Below, one piece after another: positions 1-10,082 of a stretch of 64,000 nt of DNA. Positions within the stretch are counted from its first letter, which is position 1; every line of letters starts with the position of its first letter. The notes beneath the pieces were generated by a model. The model was not told the origin of the DNA and searched no databases. It worked only from the letters and a program-made list of their open reading frames with translations. This stretch comes from a virus. The translations under genes were made by a program, and so were the position numbers. The stretch is taken from positions 1 through 64,000 of the IMG/VR virus record IMGVR_UViG_3300023179_006727; one strand, written 5' to 3'.

Positions 1-1580
1 TAGTATTCTAAAGTTGGTTCAGTTGCTGCGTCATTCCATTTATTACCCCATACATAGATGTAAGGTGGTGAAGTTGGATTAGGTCTCCATGCGAAATCTA
101 TTTCTGCACCTTCAATTAATACTTTCCAATTTGTCATATCAGGTAATAGTTCTACTATTTCTGACATATATTTGCGTTCTGTTGCTCCTTCTACGTGATA
201 TTCTAGGACAGGATCAAGTGTAACATCGCAATATTTGTTCCCCCATACATATATATAAGGTGGGCTTGTTGGGTTTGGTCGCCAACTATAATCAAATTTA
301 TTCTTGTTAACTTTAGCCAATTCAACCCATTTATCATACTGCGGTAATAATTCAACAGGTTCAGGCATATATTTTCGTTCAGTTGCGCCTTCTACATAAT
401 ATTCTAGTACAGGTTCAATAGAAGCATCAAAAAATTTATGTCCCCATACATAAATAAAGGGAGGTTCACGTGGATCAGGTCGCCAACTATAATCAAACTT
501 AGTCTCATCAATAGGCAACAACACTTTCCATTTCGACATATCAGGTAATAATTCTACTATTTCTGAAATGTATTTTCGTTCAGTTGCACCTTCTACAATA
601 TATTCTAACGCAGGTTCTATTTCAACAGGTGCGTACTTATGTCCCCATGTATAAATGTATGGTAATTCTGTTGGGTTAGGTCTCCATGTTAAATCAAATT
701 TTTTCTTATTAATCGATAAAAGTTCGTTCCAACATTTAGCAGGTTTTAATATAATATCATCGCCCATATATTTGTGTTCGGTGGCATTAGGCGTTCTATA
801 TTCAACGGTTGGTTTAATTGTGCCACTTACCCATTTATTACCCCATATATAGATATAGGGTGGGTCATGAGGGTGTGGAACCCATTGTGGATCAAGTTGT
901 AAATCTTCAATATCTTCGTGTATGACCCAATGATTTTGATCATTCACTAATTTAAAACGAAAATCATTGATATATTTTCTTTCAGTAGCTTCAGGTTGGT
1001 GATATTCAACCGTAGGCATTTCTTCAGCATTAAGATATTGATTGCCCCACACATAAATATATGGTGGTTCATAAGGATGTGGGTACCATTTTAATAAAGT
1101 TGAATCAATATTTACTTCATGTAAAATTTTCCAATGTTCAGGTAAACTTACAATCGTAGCAACGATAGTCGTTACATATTTTCGTTCTTTTGCGTTTTTA
1201 CATACATATTCAACTGTAGGCATATCAGCAACATATTGATTACCAAATGTCCAAATATAAGGTGGTTCAAATTCATCAGGATGCCAACTAAAATCAAATT
1301 CTATTTTAAATTTCTTATTAACAACCCAATTTTTCTTACTAGGTAAATGAATTGCAATTTGAGTTGATTGAAATTTATAACCTTCATGGTTGGGTACAAT
1401 AAATTTTGGTCCACCACTACGCTGCCATTGTGTACCGAATACATGAATATATGGACGATCATATTTGTCAGGTCGCCAACTAAAATTAAACTTAGTTGTA
1501 TCTAAATTATCGGGAATTTCCCAATAACCTTGCTCCCACAATGCTTCCCTACGATCTAATTCTGTTTGCTCAATATACAT
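1..1580 (-). CDS. Trp/Pro/Tyr-rich tandem-repeat protein (at least 8 repeats of ~66 aa); C-terminus runs off the window; absent from the ORF track
   Basis: Manual translation from ATG at 1580 (MYIEQTELDRREALWEQGYW...) stays open to base 1. The unit FDxSWRPxPxxPPYIYVWGxKx(6)PxLEYxxxGATERKY recurs every ~200 bp. A TAAATA box lies 5 nt upstream. Confidence 0.9.
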   Translation of the reverse strand, partial: MYIEQTELDRREALWEQGYWEIPDNLDTTKFNFSWRPDKYDRPYIHVFGTQWQRSGGPKFIVPNHEGYKFQSTQIAIHLPSKKNWVVNKKFKIEFDFSWHPDEFEPPYIWTFGNQYVADMPTVEYVCKNAKERKYVTTIVATIVSLPEHWKILHEVNIDSTLLKWYPHPYEPPYIYVWGNQYLNAEEMPTVEYHQPEATERKYINDFRFKLVNDQNHWVIHEDIEDLQLDPQWVPHPHDPPYIYIWGNKWVSGTIKPTVEYRTPNATEHKYMGDDIILKPAKCWNELLSINKKKFDLTWRPNPTELPYIYTWGHKYAPVEIEPALEYIVEGATERKYISEIVELLPDMSKWKVLLPIDETKFDYSWRPDPREPPFIYVWGHKFFDASIEPVLEYYVEGATERKYMPEPVELLPQYDKWVELAKVNKNKFDYSWRPNPTSPPYIYVWGNKYCDVTLDPVLEYHVEGATERKYMSEIVELLPDMTNWKVLIEGAEIDFAWRPNPTSPPYIYVWGNKWNDAATEPTLEY

Positions 1581-1585
1581 GACAA

Positions 1586-1617
1586 TATTTACTACCATTA
1601 TGGCAATTCTATAAATA
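1586..1617. promoter_or_regulatory. Divergent pair of T4-type late promoter boxes
   Basis: TATAAATA at 1610-1617 (+), 7 nt before ATG 1625. TAAATA at 1586-1591 (-), 5 nt before ATG 1580. A gp55 homologue is in the window. Confidence 0.7.
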
Positions 1618-1624
1618 TCTTATT

Positions 1625-2680
1625 ATGAATCTTCACAAAACCCCAGGCAAACCCATCCGCACCTATGATGAAACAGGACAATGGCGTGATTGGAGCACAG
1701 ATGAACTCGTTGGCGCAAAACTAAATTACTTACAAGGATGGAAATGCGGAGCAGGTGTTGATAGCCTATTTATTGATATGGACGGGTTTATATGGACTGC
1801 TAGCTGCCGTGTAGGTGGTCAACTAGGTAGTGTATGGGATACTTTTGAAGTACCTAATCAATGGATAGATTGTACCAAAAACGTTTGTTCATGTGGTGCA
1901 GATCTTTTTATACCAAAAGCACAAGATGAAAAGAAAATCATATTGTTACGTCAAAGTCAAGAATTAGATACTTTAATGGATAGGCAAAACAATCAGATTA
2001 CCAATTTTGTAGCAATGGAGCGTACACACGCTAGTAACCAAAAACAAATATATTGGGAAATTGGCAGACGTTGTAATTACGATTGTTCTTATTGTTGGCC
2101 TTGGATTCATAACAATACCGATCCACATAAACCATTAGAAGATTTAATTCGAGCAACTAACTTACTTGAAGAAAAATTTATGCATGGTGAAAGCGTAAAT
2201 TTTATCATTAGTGGCGGCGAACCAACTGTTAATAAAGATTTTCTAGATTGGTTACGATATCTTAACGCATTTGGTCATCATATTAGTTTACATAGTAATG
2301 GATCACGTAAACCTGATTATTATCGTGAAGTTATACATTATGGTGATTTAAACTTATCAGTACATTTTGAGTTTTATGATCGAGCAAAATTTGTTAAAGT
2401 GGTAGAAGCTGTAACAGATGAAAAATATAAAAATAACAATTATAATGTAGGGCATCTTGAAGTAAAGTTTATGATGCCTCCACAATATGTTGAAGAATCG
2501 CTTTCATTAGAGGCAGAGTTAAAACAAATACCACACTTTACAGATTTTTGTACATGGGCTTTTGTTCCTATTCGTGGTGGTATGAGTAATAAATTTTCTA
2601 AACCCGAAGATGATAGTGGTGCTGAAATTATGGAAGGATATGCACCTGAGCATTATGTGCTTTTTGGTGATCGTAAATGA
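1625..2680 (+). CDS. Radical SAM protein with N-terminal SPASM/twitch-like Cys domain
   Basis: CNYDCSYC (CX3CX2C), SGGEP and SNGS motifs; N-terminal GWKC...ASC...CTKNVCSC. Confidence 0.9.
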   Translation: MNLHKTPGKPIRTYDETGQWRDWSTDELVGAKLNYLQGWKCGAGVDSLFIDMDGFIWTASCRVGGQLGSVWDTFEVPNQWIDCTKNVCSCGADLFIPKAQDEKKIILLRQSQELDTLMDRQNNQITNFVAMERTHASNQKQIYWEIGRRCNYDCSYCWPWIHNNTDPHKPLEDLIRATNLLEEKFMHGESVNFIISGGEPTVNKDFLDWLRYLNAFGHHISLHSNGSRKPDYYREVIHYGDLNLSVHFEFYDRAKFVKVVEAVTDEKYKNNNYNVGHLEVKFMMPPQYVEESLSLEAELKQIPHFTDFCTWAFVPIRGGMSNKFSKPEDDSGAEIMEGYAPEHYVLFGDRK

Positions 2681-4032
2681 TTCCAATATATCCTGATCGA
2701 CCTAATACATTATGTAATTATGCGTGGGATTACTTAATGTTTTATATTAGCGAACCAAGTTTCACTTACTGTTGTCGAACATCAAGGAAAAGAATTACTC
2801 CTGAATTATATCAAGCATTTGGTAGTGAATTATTTTCTAATTTACCTGAGCATATTGACCGTAGAAAGAGTTTACTTAATAATGAGCAGCATAGTGATTG
2901 TCATACGTGTTGGAGTTTAGAAAATAATGGGTTTAAAAGTGCACGTAATGATATAAACTTTGAAGGCTACATGGAACGTAATATGGGTATTATACCTAAA
3001 TCTAAGAGTGACTTAGTGAACAATCCACAATTACAGTTATCCACATATGCAAATATAATAGAAATTGTTTTAAACAATACATGTGATGCTAAATGCACTT
3101 ATTGTAGTGAACATTATAGCACACAATGGTATGCAGAAAAGAAAAAATACAACATACCAATGACAAGGGAAAGTAGTCAACTTGGCGAACGTGATCCAAA
3201 AGCTGAATATTACTTTTGGAAATGGTACGAAGAAGTTGGCATGCAAAAACTATTTCGTTTTGGATTTATTGGTGGTGAACCATTAATAACTGATTTGATT
3301 TATGAATGTTTTGACAAATTAATAGAAATTCATGAAAAAAATCCAAGAATAGAGTCTGTTCGTAATATGGGTAATGGCGATTATTTAGATAAAGTTGAGT
3401 TATGTATTACTACTAATCTTAATACTCCTGAATCGTATTTTAAAAAGTTCTTAGAATATTTGCCTAGATTACAACAGCATTTTAACATTATCATTCAAGT
3501 AAGCAGCGAAAATGTTGGAGAAGAATTAGAGTATATCAGGTATGGTGTTAAATGGAATCGATTTAAAAATAATTTAGAAAAGTTGTTTAGTTTACCTGAT
3601 TTAGTTACTATTTCGTTTATGCCATGTTTAAATTTACTTGGATTGCCATCTTTATACAAGTATGTTGAATATTTTAAACAATGTAATGAAAATTATTATC
3701 CATTTTCTATTCATCGCAATATTGTAACTTGGCCCAAAGAACAAAGCCCAATGTCTGCACCAAAAGAATTTGCAAGATATTTAGATAAACCAATCGAAAT
3801 ATTTGAAGAATTAATTAATGACCCAAAATATAAAAAAGCCAAACCTCATCACAATTGGGAAGTATTTAGAGATTTCTTAATCCAAACACGTGAAGCGATT
3901 GAAAATAATCCTCCGATGGATAATATGCAAGATAAAGGTGAAGAAGTGCTGATATTTTTTGAAGAATTAGATCGAAGAAGAAATACGAATTTTATAAAAA
4001 CATTTCCTGAATTTAAAGAGTGGGTTTTATAA
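2677..4032 (+). CDS. Radical SAM protein with N-terminal twitch-like domain
   Basis: CDAKCTYC, IGGEP and TTN motifs; N-terminal C..AW...CC...CHTCW; ATGA overlap with the upstream gene. Confidence 0.9.
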   Translation: MIPIYPDRPNTLCNYAWDYLMFYISEPSFTYCCRTSRKRITPELYQAFGSELFSNLPEHIDRRKSLLNNEQHSDCHTCWSLENNGFKSARNDINFEGYMERNMGIIPKSKSDLVNNPQLQLSTYANIIEIVLNNTCDAKCTYCSEHYSTQWYAEKKKYNIPMTRESSQLGERDPKAEYYFWKWYEEVGMQKLFRFGFIGGEPLITDLIYECFDKLIEIHEKNPRIESVRNMGNGDYLDKVELCITTNLNTPESYFKKFLEYLPRLQQHFNIIIQVSSENVGEELEYIRYGVKWNRFKNNLEKLFSLPDLVTISFMPCLNLLGLPSLYKYVEYFKQCNENYYPFSIHRNIVTWPKEQSPMSAPKEFARYLDKPIEIFEELINDPKYKKAKPHHNWEVFRDFLIQTREAIENNPPMDNMQDKGEEVLIFFEELDRRRNTNFIKTFPEFKEWVL

Positions 4033-5194
4033 TAACTAGCTCATTTCGCAATTGTGGAACAATATCAGCGATTTTTTTATCACGCAATTTTTCAAGTGTT
4101 TTGGTTCTATGTACCCATTGATTATGTAATTCATTACCTAAATAACCATTTTTTAAATAATCAATAACAGGTGAATATAAATCATTATAATTTAAATGAG
4201 TGTAATATTCTATTAATGCTGAGAGCGTTTCAGGTTGCAAAACTAAAGCAGATTGATTTTCAGGACGTAAAACAAAATGTTTAAAGTTCGGTCTTTTAGG
4301 TATATGTTCTTTTTGTGGATATAATGTGAGGATATTGTTTTGCCACCATTGTCTTAACTCTTCAAGATTAAAAATATTATAAACAGAAATTGCACAGCTT
4401 AAGGAAAAATGATTTAAATTTTTTAGTTTACTAAATCTAATCAAAGTTTTTGTTACATTGTCAATATCACTTGTATATTGCGTATTAGGTGCAAACCTAA
4501 TCCAAGTATTTAAGTCACCAATACCATCGATACTACAAACAAAAATAACACTTTTAGCTTGTTCAACTAATTCTAAAATAGGTTCATTAATCACAGTACA
4601 ATTTGTTGTAATCATAATATTGACATTATGTAGTTGATTAATTTCTTTTAATTTTTGCAATACAAGTAAATTTTCTTTATTTAAAAATGGTTCACCACCC
4701 TTAAGCCATAAAGTCATTAAGTTAGACAAATCAATATTATCTAATAATTTAGTAGCAATTTCTCTATTAATAGGTTCAATTTTATGTTTACCATCTTTAT
4801 TCCAACCATTCTTATTAGATAACTCTATCCAAGCACTACTCCAATCTTCATTACACATTGCACAAGCTAAGTTACACGTATTAGTACTACTATATTCTAA
4901 ATATAAAATTTTTTCAGTTTCATCATAAGGGATAGCATTATAAACATTTAATCTTACACTTGTTTTAGTTTTATCTTCACGATTTTTACAAAAACGACAA
5001 CTTGGGTGCCATCTACCTTCGAGCATATGTTTCTTAACATCTTGCATAAAATTGCTTGATCTTATTTCTTGAATAGTTTGCTCATTTAAATTACCACATG
5101 GATCTTTATAATCCCATGCACAGCAAGGATTTACACTTTTATTTGGATTAATAGTTAAACTATTAAATGGTGCGCTACATAATACTTTTTTCAT
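4013..5194 (-). CDS. Radical SAM protein with N-terminal twitch-like domain
   Basis: CNLACAMC, KGGEP and SIDG motifs; N-terminal CSAPF...PCC...CRFC. Confidence 0.9.
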   Translation of the reverse strand: MKKVLCSAPFNSLTINPNKSVNPCCAWDYKDPCGNLNEQTIQEIRSSNFMQDVKKHMLEGRWHPSCRFCKNREDKTKTSVRLNVYNAIPYDETEKILYLEYSSTNTCNLACAMCNEDWSSAWIELSNKNGWNKDGKHKIEPINREIATKLLDNIDLSNLMTLWLKGGEPFLNKENLLVLQKLKEINQLHNVNIMITTNCTVINEPILELVEQAKSVIFVCSIDGIGDLNTWIRFAPNTQYTSDIDNVTKTLIRFSKLKNLNHFSLSCAISVYNIFNLEELRQWWQNNILTLYPQKEHIPKRPNFKHFVLRPENQSALVLQPETLSALIEYYTHLNYNDLYSPVIDYLKNGYLGNELHNQWVHRTKTLEKLRDKKIADIVPQLRNELVIIKPTL

Positions 5195-6540
5195 AACATT
5201 CTCGGTATAGTATTTAAGGCAATTTCATAAAATTCAGAAAATGTTTCTCTAAATATTTCGTTTCTATTTTCATCAATGGTTCTATTGTATTCTAAAAATT
5301 TAATCCATTGTTTGTGATCATATGAAGTTGAATTCATAAAATCAATAATGTTTTTTATACTTGCGCTTTGTTTATGATATTTTACATTGGAATTATTAAA
5401 ATTTAATAATTTATTTGTAATTATTTTTTTAATACTATCAGGTAAGTTTGTTATATTGGAATGTAAGGGATGATGCAATAAATTTAATACAAATTCAAAG
5501 TTTAAGTAAGATAATTGTTCAATAATTTCATCAAGATAATATATATTGTACATACTAATAGTTAGATATAGATAAAAACGACCATCTACATTATATAATT
5601 CAGAAAGAAGTTTAAAGTTTTCTAAGTTACTAATTACTTCATCATATATTGCATTCTTACGTTGGTATTCAAAACGTTTACCTATATCATCTATACTAAA
5701 ATTTACAACAACAAAATCAAATTGTTTCCATTTTATAACTAAGTCATCACTAAAATGTGTTCCATTTGTGTTATAACATAAATTTTGATCCTTTGATGAT
5801 CCGCTATTAATCATAATATCTAATATTTGATCATGTTCCTGTTGCATCAATGGTTCGCCACCATAAAACTCTATGCGTAAAATACCATCAGCCCATGATG
5901 TTAATATTTTTACATTTTCTTCATTAGTTAATAATTTTTCTTTGGCATTTTCCGCCCATACTACCATAGCACGTTTATCAGCCCAACCCAAATCTTTATA
6001 ATCTTTAATCCATTGTGTGCTTGACCATGGACCACATATTCTACATCTTAAATTACATAAATTACTTAATTTTAAATCTAGATTGGTTGGTTGCCCCGAA
6101 AATGCTCTTTTAAAATGTCTTTTAATATCATATCTTGAATCAGGATTTTGTAACCAATTTTTGTTATAAATCTGTCGCAAACTAATAATATTGCTTTTTT
6201 CCTCATTCCAACATACTTTACATTTTTCAGGTTTTTCATTACGCATAAAATCATCACGTAATTTATTCATTTCTTCACTATTAAATAATTGTACCACTGT
6301 TGAATTATGTAATGTTACTTTAGAATCATCTAACTTAAAAGCATCGTATTTACAACATGGACGACTAGTTCCTTCTGCTGTGATTTCCATATTAGTAAAT
6401 GGAGCAACACAAAAATTACTAGGCAAGAATTTATGATAATCATTATCAAAGTTCTTTTTTATTCCCCAATCATACTCGGCATCAATATGTTCAAATAATC
6501 TATCCTCTTCGATTGCTTTTTCGTATTCATCCCAATTCAT
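5191..6540 (-). CDS. Radical SAM protein with N-terminal twitch-like domain (start at ATG 6540 preferred over 6555)
   Basis: CNLRCRIC, YGGEP and NTNG motifs; CVAPF...RPCC...CKVCW. ATG 6540 forms an ATGA overlap with the upstream stop. Confidence 0.88.
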   Translation of the reverse strand: MNWDEYEKAIEEDRLFEHIDAEYDWGIKKNFDNDYHKFLPSNFCVAPFTNMEITAEGTSRPCCKYDAFKLDDSKVTLHNSTVVQLFNSEEMNKLRDDFMRNEKPEKCKVCWNEEKSNIISLRQIYNKNWLQNPDSRYDIKRHFKRAFSGQPTNLDLKLSNLCNLRCRICGPWSSTQWIKDYKDLGWADKRAMVVWAENAKEKLLTNEENVKILTSWADGILRIEFYGGEPLMQQEHDQILDIMINSGSSKDQNLCYNTNGTHFSDDLVIKWKQFDFVVVNFSIDDIGKRFEYQRKNAIYDEVISNLENFKLLSELYNVDGRFYLYLTISMYNIYYLDEIIEQLSYLNFEFVLNLLHHPLHSNITNLPDSIKKIITNKLLNFNNSNVKYHKQSASIKNIIDFMNSTSYDHKQWIKFLEYNRTIDENRNEIFRETFSEFYEIALNTIPRML

Positions 6541-7952
6541 AATAGTTTTTTGCACTCTTCTAAAAATGATATCATTTCAGGGAAAGTTTCTTCATAATTT
6601 AAATTACGTCTTTGGCGCATCTTTTCAACATTCAACGCAAACTCTTTCCTAGCATCATCACTTTTTTCAGGATTCTCGATACCCTTTTTTACCGTATATA
6701 AAAAGCTAATATAATGATCCCATCGACCAAATAAGTTATACGTGCCAGGTGTCACCTTCGCACTTTTTAATTCATTCATCATAATATCAATAGTTTCTAT
6801 AACATACTTTGAATATTCTACAGGCAAAATGTATGGACTTAACCAATGTGGATGACTGACTTGATTTTGACGTAAATGTATTCTACGATTAGTCCTGTTT
6901 TGTAAATCAATAATCCACCTAAAGAAGTTTGGCAAATCTGATATACATAATGCATTTAATGCTATTTGTAAATTAAAAATTATACGTTTTTGGTCAGGGT
7001 CAATTAAGTTAATAAACTCAATATAATTTTCTATATTGTTAGTCATGATTTCCCAATCTGTGCCTGTTCTAATATATTCTGCACGTTGTCCAATACTTTC
7101 ACAACTGACATTAAAATCTAAAGTAAACTGTTCCACACCAACAATTCTCATCGTAGTATCTAACCAACGATCATAAAACTTCTTTGGTGTATTAAAATTA
7201 GTAACAATAGAAAAATCAATATTTTTTTGTTCTGTCTTATGATCCTCGTAAAACTCACAAATACGATCAGTATAGCTATAAAATTTATCAATAATTAATG
7301 GTTCACCACCGATAAAGTTAATACAGTAAGTGTTCCATCCACTTTCGTTTTCAAACCAATCCCACCAAAATGTTTCATAAACTGTATCTTTGATCTTTGG
7401 TAGTTCAGTCTCCATTTCTTCAGGTTTAATTTCACCATACTTTAATCGTTCTGCCGCCCATTGTGAACTATAATGATGATGACAGTACAAACACTTTAAG
7501 TCACATATGTTACCCAAACTAATTTCAATCATGTTAGTATGTGGTAATCTAGATAACATCTCAAATTCATCAGAGGTAAGATTATATAGTTTTTCTTTTA
7601 ATTCATCACGTGATAATGTAGGCCAAAGTTTTTTTGATTGCACAAAATTGACAAAACGATCCCATCCTGTTCTTGGACTTTTTGCACCGCTATCTTCAAT
7701 ATCCCAACATACTGAACAGGCATCATTACGAATACCACGTAACATGTCTTTACGCACATTTACAATAGGTGGGAAATGTGTAAACAATCCACGCTCTAGT
7801 CGCCAATCTTCAGGTAATATTTTATGACTTTTACTACGACAACAATTTCTTAATTCATTACGTGAAATGTTTAATACACTATAATCCCATGCAAATTGGC
7901 ATACAGTATCTTTAATATCACCTTCACGTTTAATCTCAATGACTTGATTCAT
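6537..7952 (-). CDS. Radical SAM protein with N-terminal twitch-like domain; paralogue of 2677..4032
   Basis: CDLKCLYC and IGGEP motifs; CQFAWDY...CCRS...CSVCW; HYSSQW matches HYSTQW of the paralogue. Confidence 0.9.
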   Translation of the reverse strand: MNQVIEIKREGDIKDTVCQFAWDYSVLNISRNELRNCCRSKSHKILPEDWRLERGLFTHFPPIVNVRKDMLRGIRNDACSVCWDIEDSGAKSPRTGWDRFVNFVQSKKLWPTLSRDELKEKLYNLTSDEFEMLSRLPHTNMIEISLGNICDLKCLYCHHHYSSQWAAERLKYGEIKPEEMETELPKIKDTVYETFWWDWFENESGWNTYCINFIGGEPLIIDKFYSYTDRICEFYEDHKTEQKNIDFSIVTNFNTPKKFYDRWLDTTMRIVGVEQFTLDFNVSCESIGQRAEYIRTGTDWEIMTNNIENYIEFINLIDPDQKRIIFNLQIALNALCISDLPNFFRWIIDLQNRTNRRIHLRQNQVSHPHWLSPYILPVEYSKYVIETIDIMMNELKSAKVTPGTYNLFGRWDHYISFLYTVKKGIENPEKSDDARKEFALNVEKMRQRRNLNYEETFPEMISFLEECKKLL

Positions 7953-7961
7953 AAGTTTTAT

Positions 7962-9116
7962 TTAGTTTAAGCCTAGTACCTCGCTCCATTTTGGGAAAGT
8001 ATCCACAAAATCCTGATTCCTAAAATTGTCTAATATTTCAAGTTCATCAAGAAATTTTTGCCATTCTCCTATTTTTTCGGGTAAATTTAAAAAGTTTAAA
8101 ATATCAGGAAAATTTTCTAATCTTTCTTGTAATTGTGCTTTAACAAAATGAGGTAAATTTCTTATGTTGTATTTTTCGTTTTTGTGTAATATATTGTAAT
8201 GAACAAATAAATGCTTACTTTTTGCCCACGCAGCATATTCAGGTAAGTAGTATACATTAAAATTACTTACGGTACAAAATAATATTACTTCTATATTGGG
8301 ATGTTTATCTCGTAAATTGATAAACTTATCTACATTTTTAAGTATTACATTCCAATTACTAGGAAAACGATGATATTCTTGTCTTTCCTCTAAATCATCT
8401 ATACTTAAACATATCGTTGTTTTTTTAAATTGTTTAAGAAAATTTATTAAAGTTTCGTTCCAATGTGTTACATTAGTATTAATTAACATTGTTTTTTCAG
8501 ATAAAGCTGATTGTTCACTTAATAAACTTAGAATTTTAACATTTTCAGGTGATGTCATGGGTTCACCTCCTGTCATTTCAATGTGTTGAATGTTACTTGA
8601 CCATTGCGATATTATCTTTTCATTTTTAGTATCAGTGATTTTATCTTGTGTCCAATAGTTTGATTCAGGTAAATTAATATTCCATAACAATTTATATTCT
8701 TTATTATATGTTGAGGATGCTTGTGGACCACATATACGGCATTTTAAATTACAAACATTGTTAAGTTTTAAATCTAATACTAGTGGAGAATCAACAGTAA
8801 GTTTAGTAAAATCAACTTTGCTAATGTCTATTTTTTTGGTTTCAACAAATGTTTGTCGATAACTTTTAATACCACCTTGTTCGTCATTCCAACACATGCT
8901 ACATTCATGAGGTTCTTCACCATTAATGAATGCTTGACGTAATTTTTGCCAATCATCTGAGTTATATAATTTATTTAATTGACCCCTATAAATAAAAGGT
9001 AATTTATGATTAGTTTGTGCATTAGGTTGATAATATCTACAACATGGTCTTAGACTGCCATTAACATCGATTGATAAATTAATCCATGGTAACGGGCAAA
9101 ACTTTTTATTGGACAT
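7962..9116 (-). CDS. Radical SAM protein with N-terminal twitch-like domain
   Basis: CNLKCRIC and TGGEP motifs; CPLPW...RPCC...CSMCW. Confidence 0.9.
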   Translation of the reverse strand: MSNKKFCPLPWINLSIDVNGSLRPCCRYYQPNAQTNHKLPFIYRGQLNKLYNSDDWQKLRQAFINGEEPHECSMCWNDEQGGIKSYRQTFVETKKIDISKVDFTKLTVDSPLVLDLKLNNVCNLKCRICGPQASSTYNKEYKLLWNINLPESNYWTQDKITDTKNEKIISQWSSNIQHIEMTGGEPMTSPENVKILSLLSEQSALSEKTMLINTNVTHWNETLINFLKQFKKTTICLSIDDLEERQEYHRFPSNWNVILKNVDKFINLRDKHPNIEVILFCTVSNFNVYYLPEYAAWAKSKHLFVHYNILHKNEKYNIRNLPHFVKAQLQERLENFPDILNFLNLPEKIGEWQKFLDELEILDNFRNQDFVDTFPKWSEVLGLN

Positions 9117-10077
9117 TGATCTGATCAGTTACCAATTCTTTTGTTGTCATGATATCAAAATTACAATGACACATTTTCTTGGTACATACTACAGGATCTT
9201 CAGGTATCATTAAATTTTTATCGTATATACTACCTACACAATCACCTTCTTTGCACCATCCACGATAAATTCTACCATCCATATCTACAATAATTTGCTC
9301 TACACCTGCGTAACAATCCCATCCACTCCAATCATTAGTTTTATCATTAATAAAACGTTGTGCAGTAAATGATTCCTCTTTACCATCTTCATAAATCTTT
9401 CGCATTGCACCACGATAATATGGAAATTCTTTAGTGTGCTTGATATGCTTTATTACTAAATCATATTGACGATCAAATATCTTATGTTGGATATCACTAT
9501 AATCATATAAAGTATCGCCAAAATCATGAATTAGTGGTTGTAATGCCATACTAAGATCACCTAAAGCCTTAATTTTATTTGCTAAAGAATAACATTGCTC
9601 AAACTTTGCAGGACTCATCATAATATTAACGTGTGTTCTAAGATCTTTATGGACAGTTTTAATTACGTTCATAAAATGATCGGGGTCGCCTTCTTCAGGA
9701 TGAAAGCTTAAACATACATGATCAAAGTATTCTTTATTTTCTTCCCACCAACGAATGGTTCTACTACCGTTACTAATTAGTCCAATTTTAATATCCAAAT
9801 CTTTACAAAATTGGCAAACATCAGTAAAATGTTTCCATAAGGTAACTTCGCCACCTGTGAATTCAAAGTATAATTTACGTGGAAATACTTGATCTGCTAC
9901 TCTAGCGATAAAACTTTTTATTTCATTAGGGTCGGGCCACCCTACGGTACCATTATGTAATGCTTCAGGACAATAACTACAACTGAAATTACATGTATTT
10001 CCTATACACCAATTTACAACGAACCATTTTTCGTGTTCGGGATTATTATGAACTAGTTTAAAATATTTTTTAATCAT
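9106..10077 (-). CDS. Radical SAM protein with C-terminal SPASM/twitch-like domain
   Basis: CNFSCSYC, TGGEV and SNGSR motifs; C-terminal GWDC...GWC...CTKKMCHC. Confidence 0.9.
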   Translation of the reverse strand: MIKKYFKLVHNNPEHEKWFVVNWCIGNTCNFSCSYCPEALHNGTVGWPDPNEIKSFIARVADQVFPRKLYFEFTGGEVTLWKHFTDVCQFCKDLDIKIGLISNGSRTIRWWEENKEYFDHVCLSFHPEEGDPDHFMNVIKTVHKDLRTHVNIMMSPAKFEQCYSLANKIKALGDLSMALQPLIHDFGDTLYDYSDIQHKIFDRQYDLVIKHIKHTKEFPYYRGAMRKIYEDGKEESFTAQRFINDKTNDWSGWDCYAGVEQIIVDMDGRIYRGWCKEGDCVGSIYDKNLMIPEDPVVCTKKMCHCNFDIMTTKELVTDQINVQ

Positions 10078-10082
10078 GCTAT

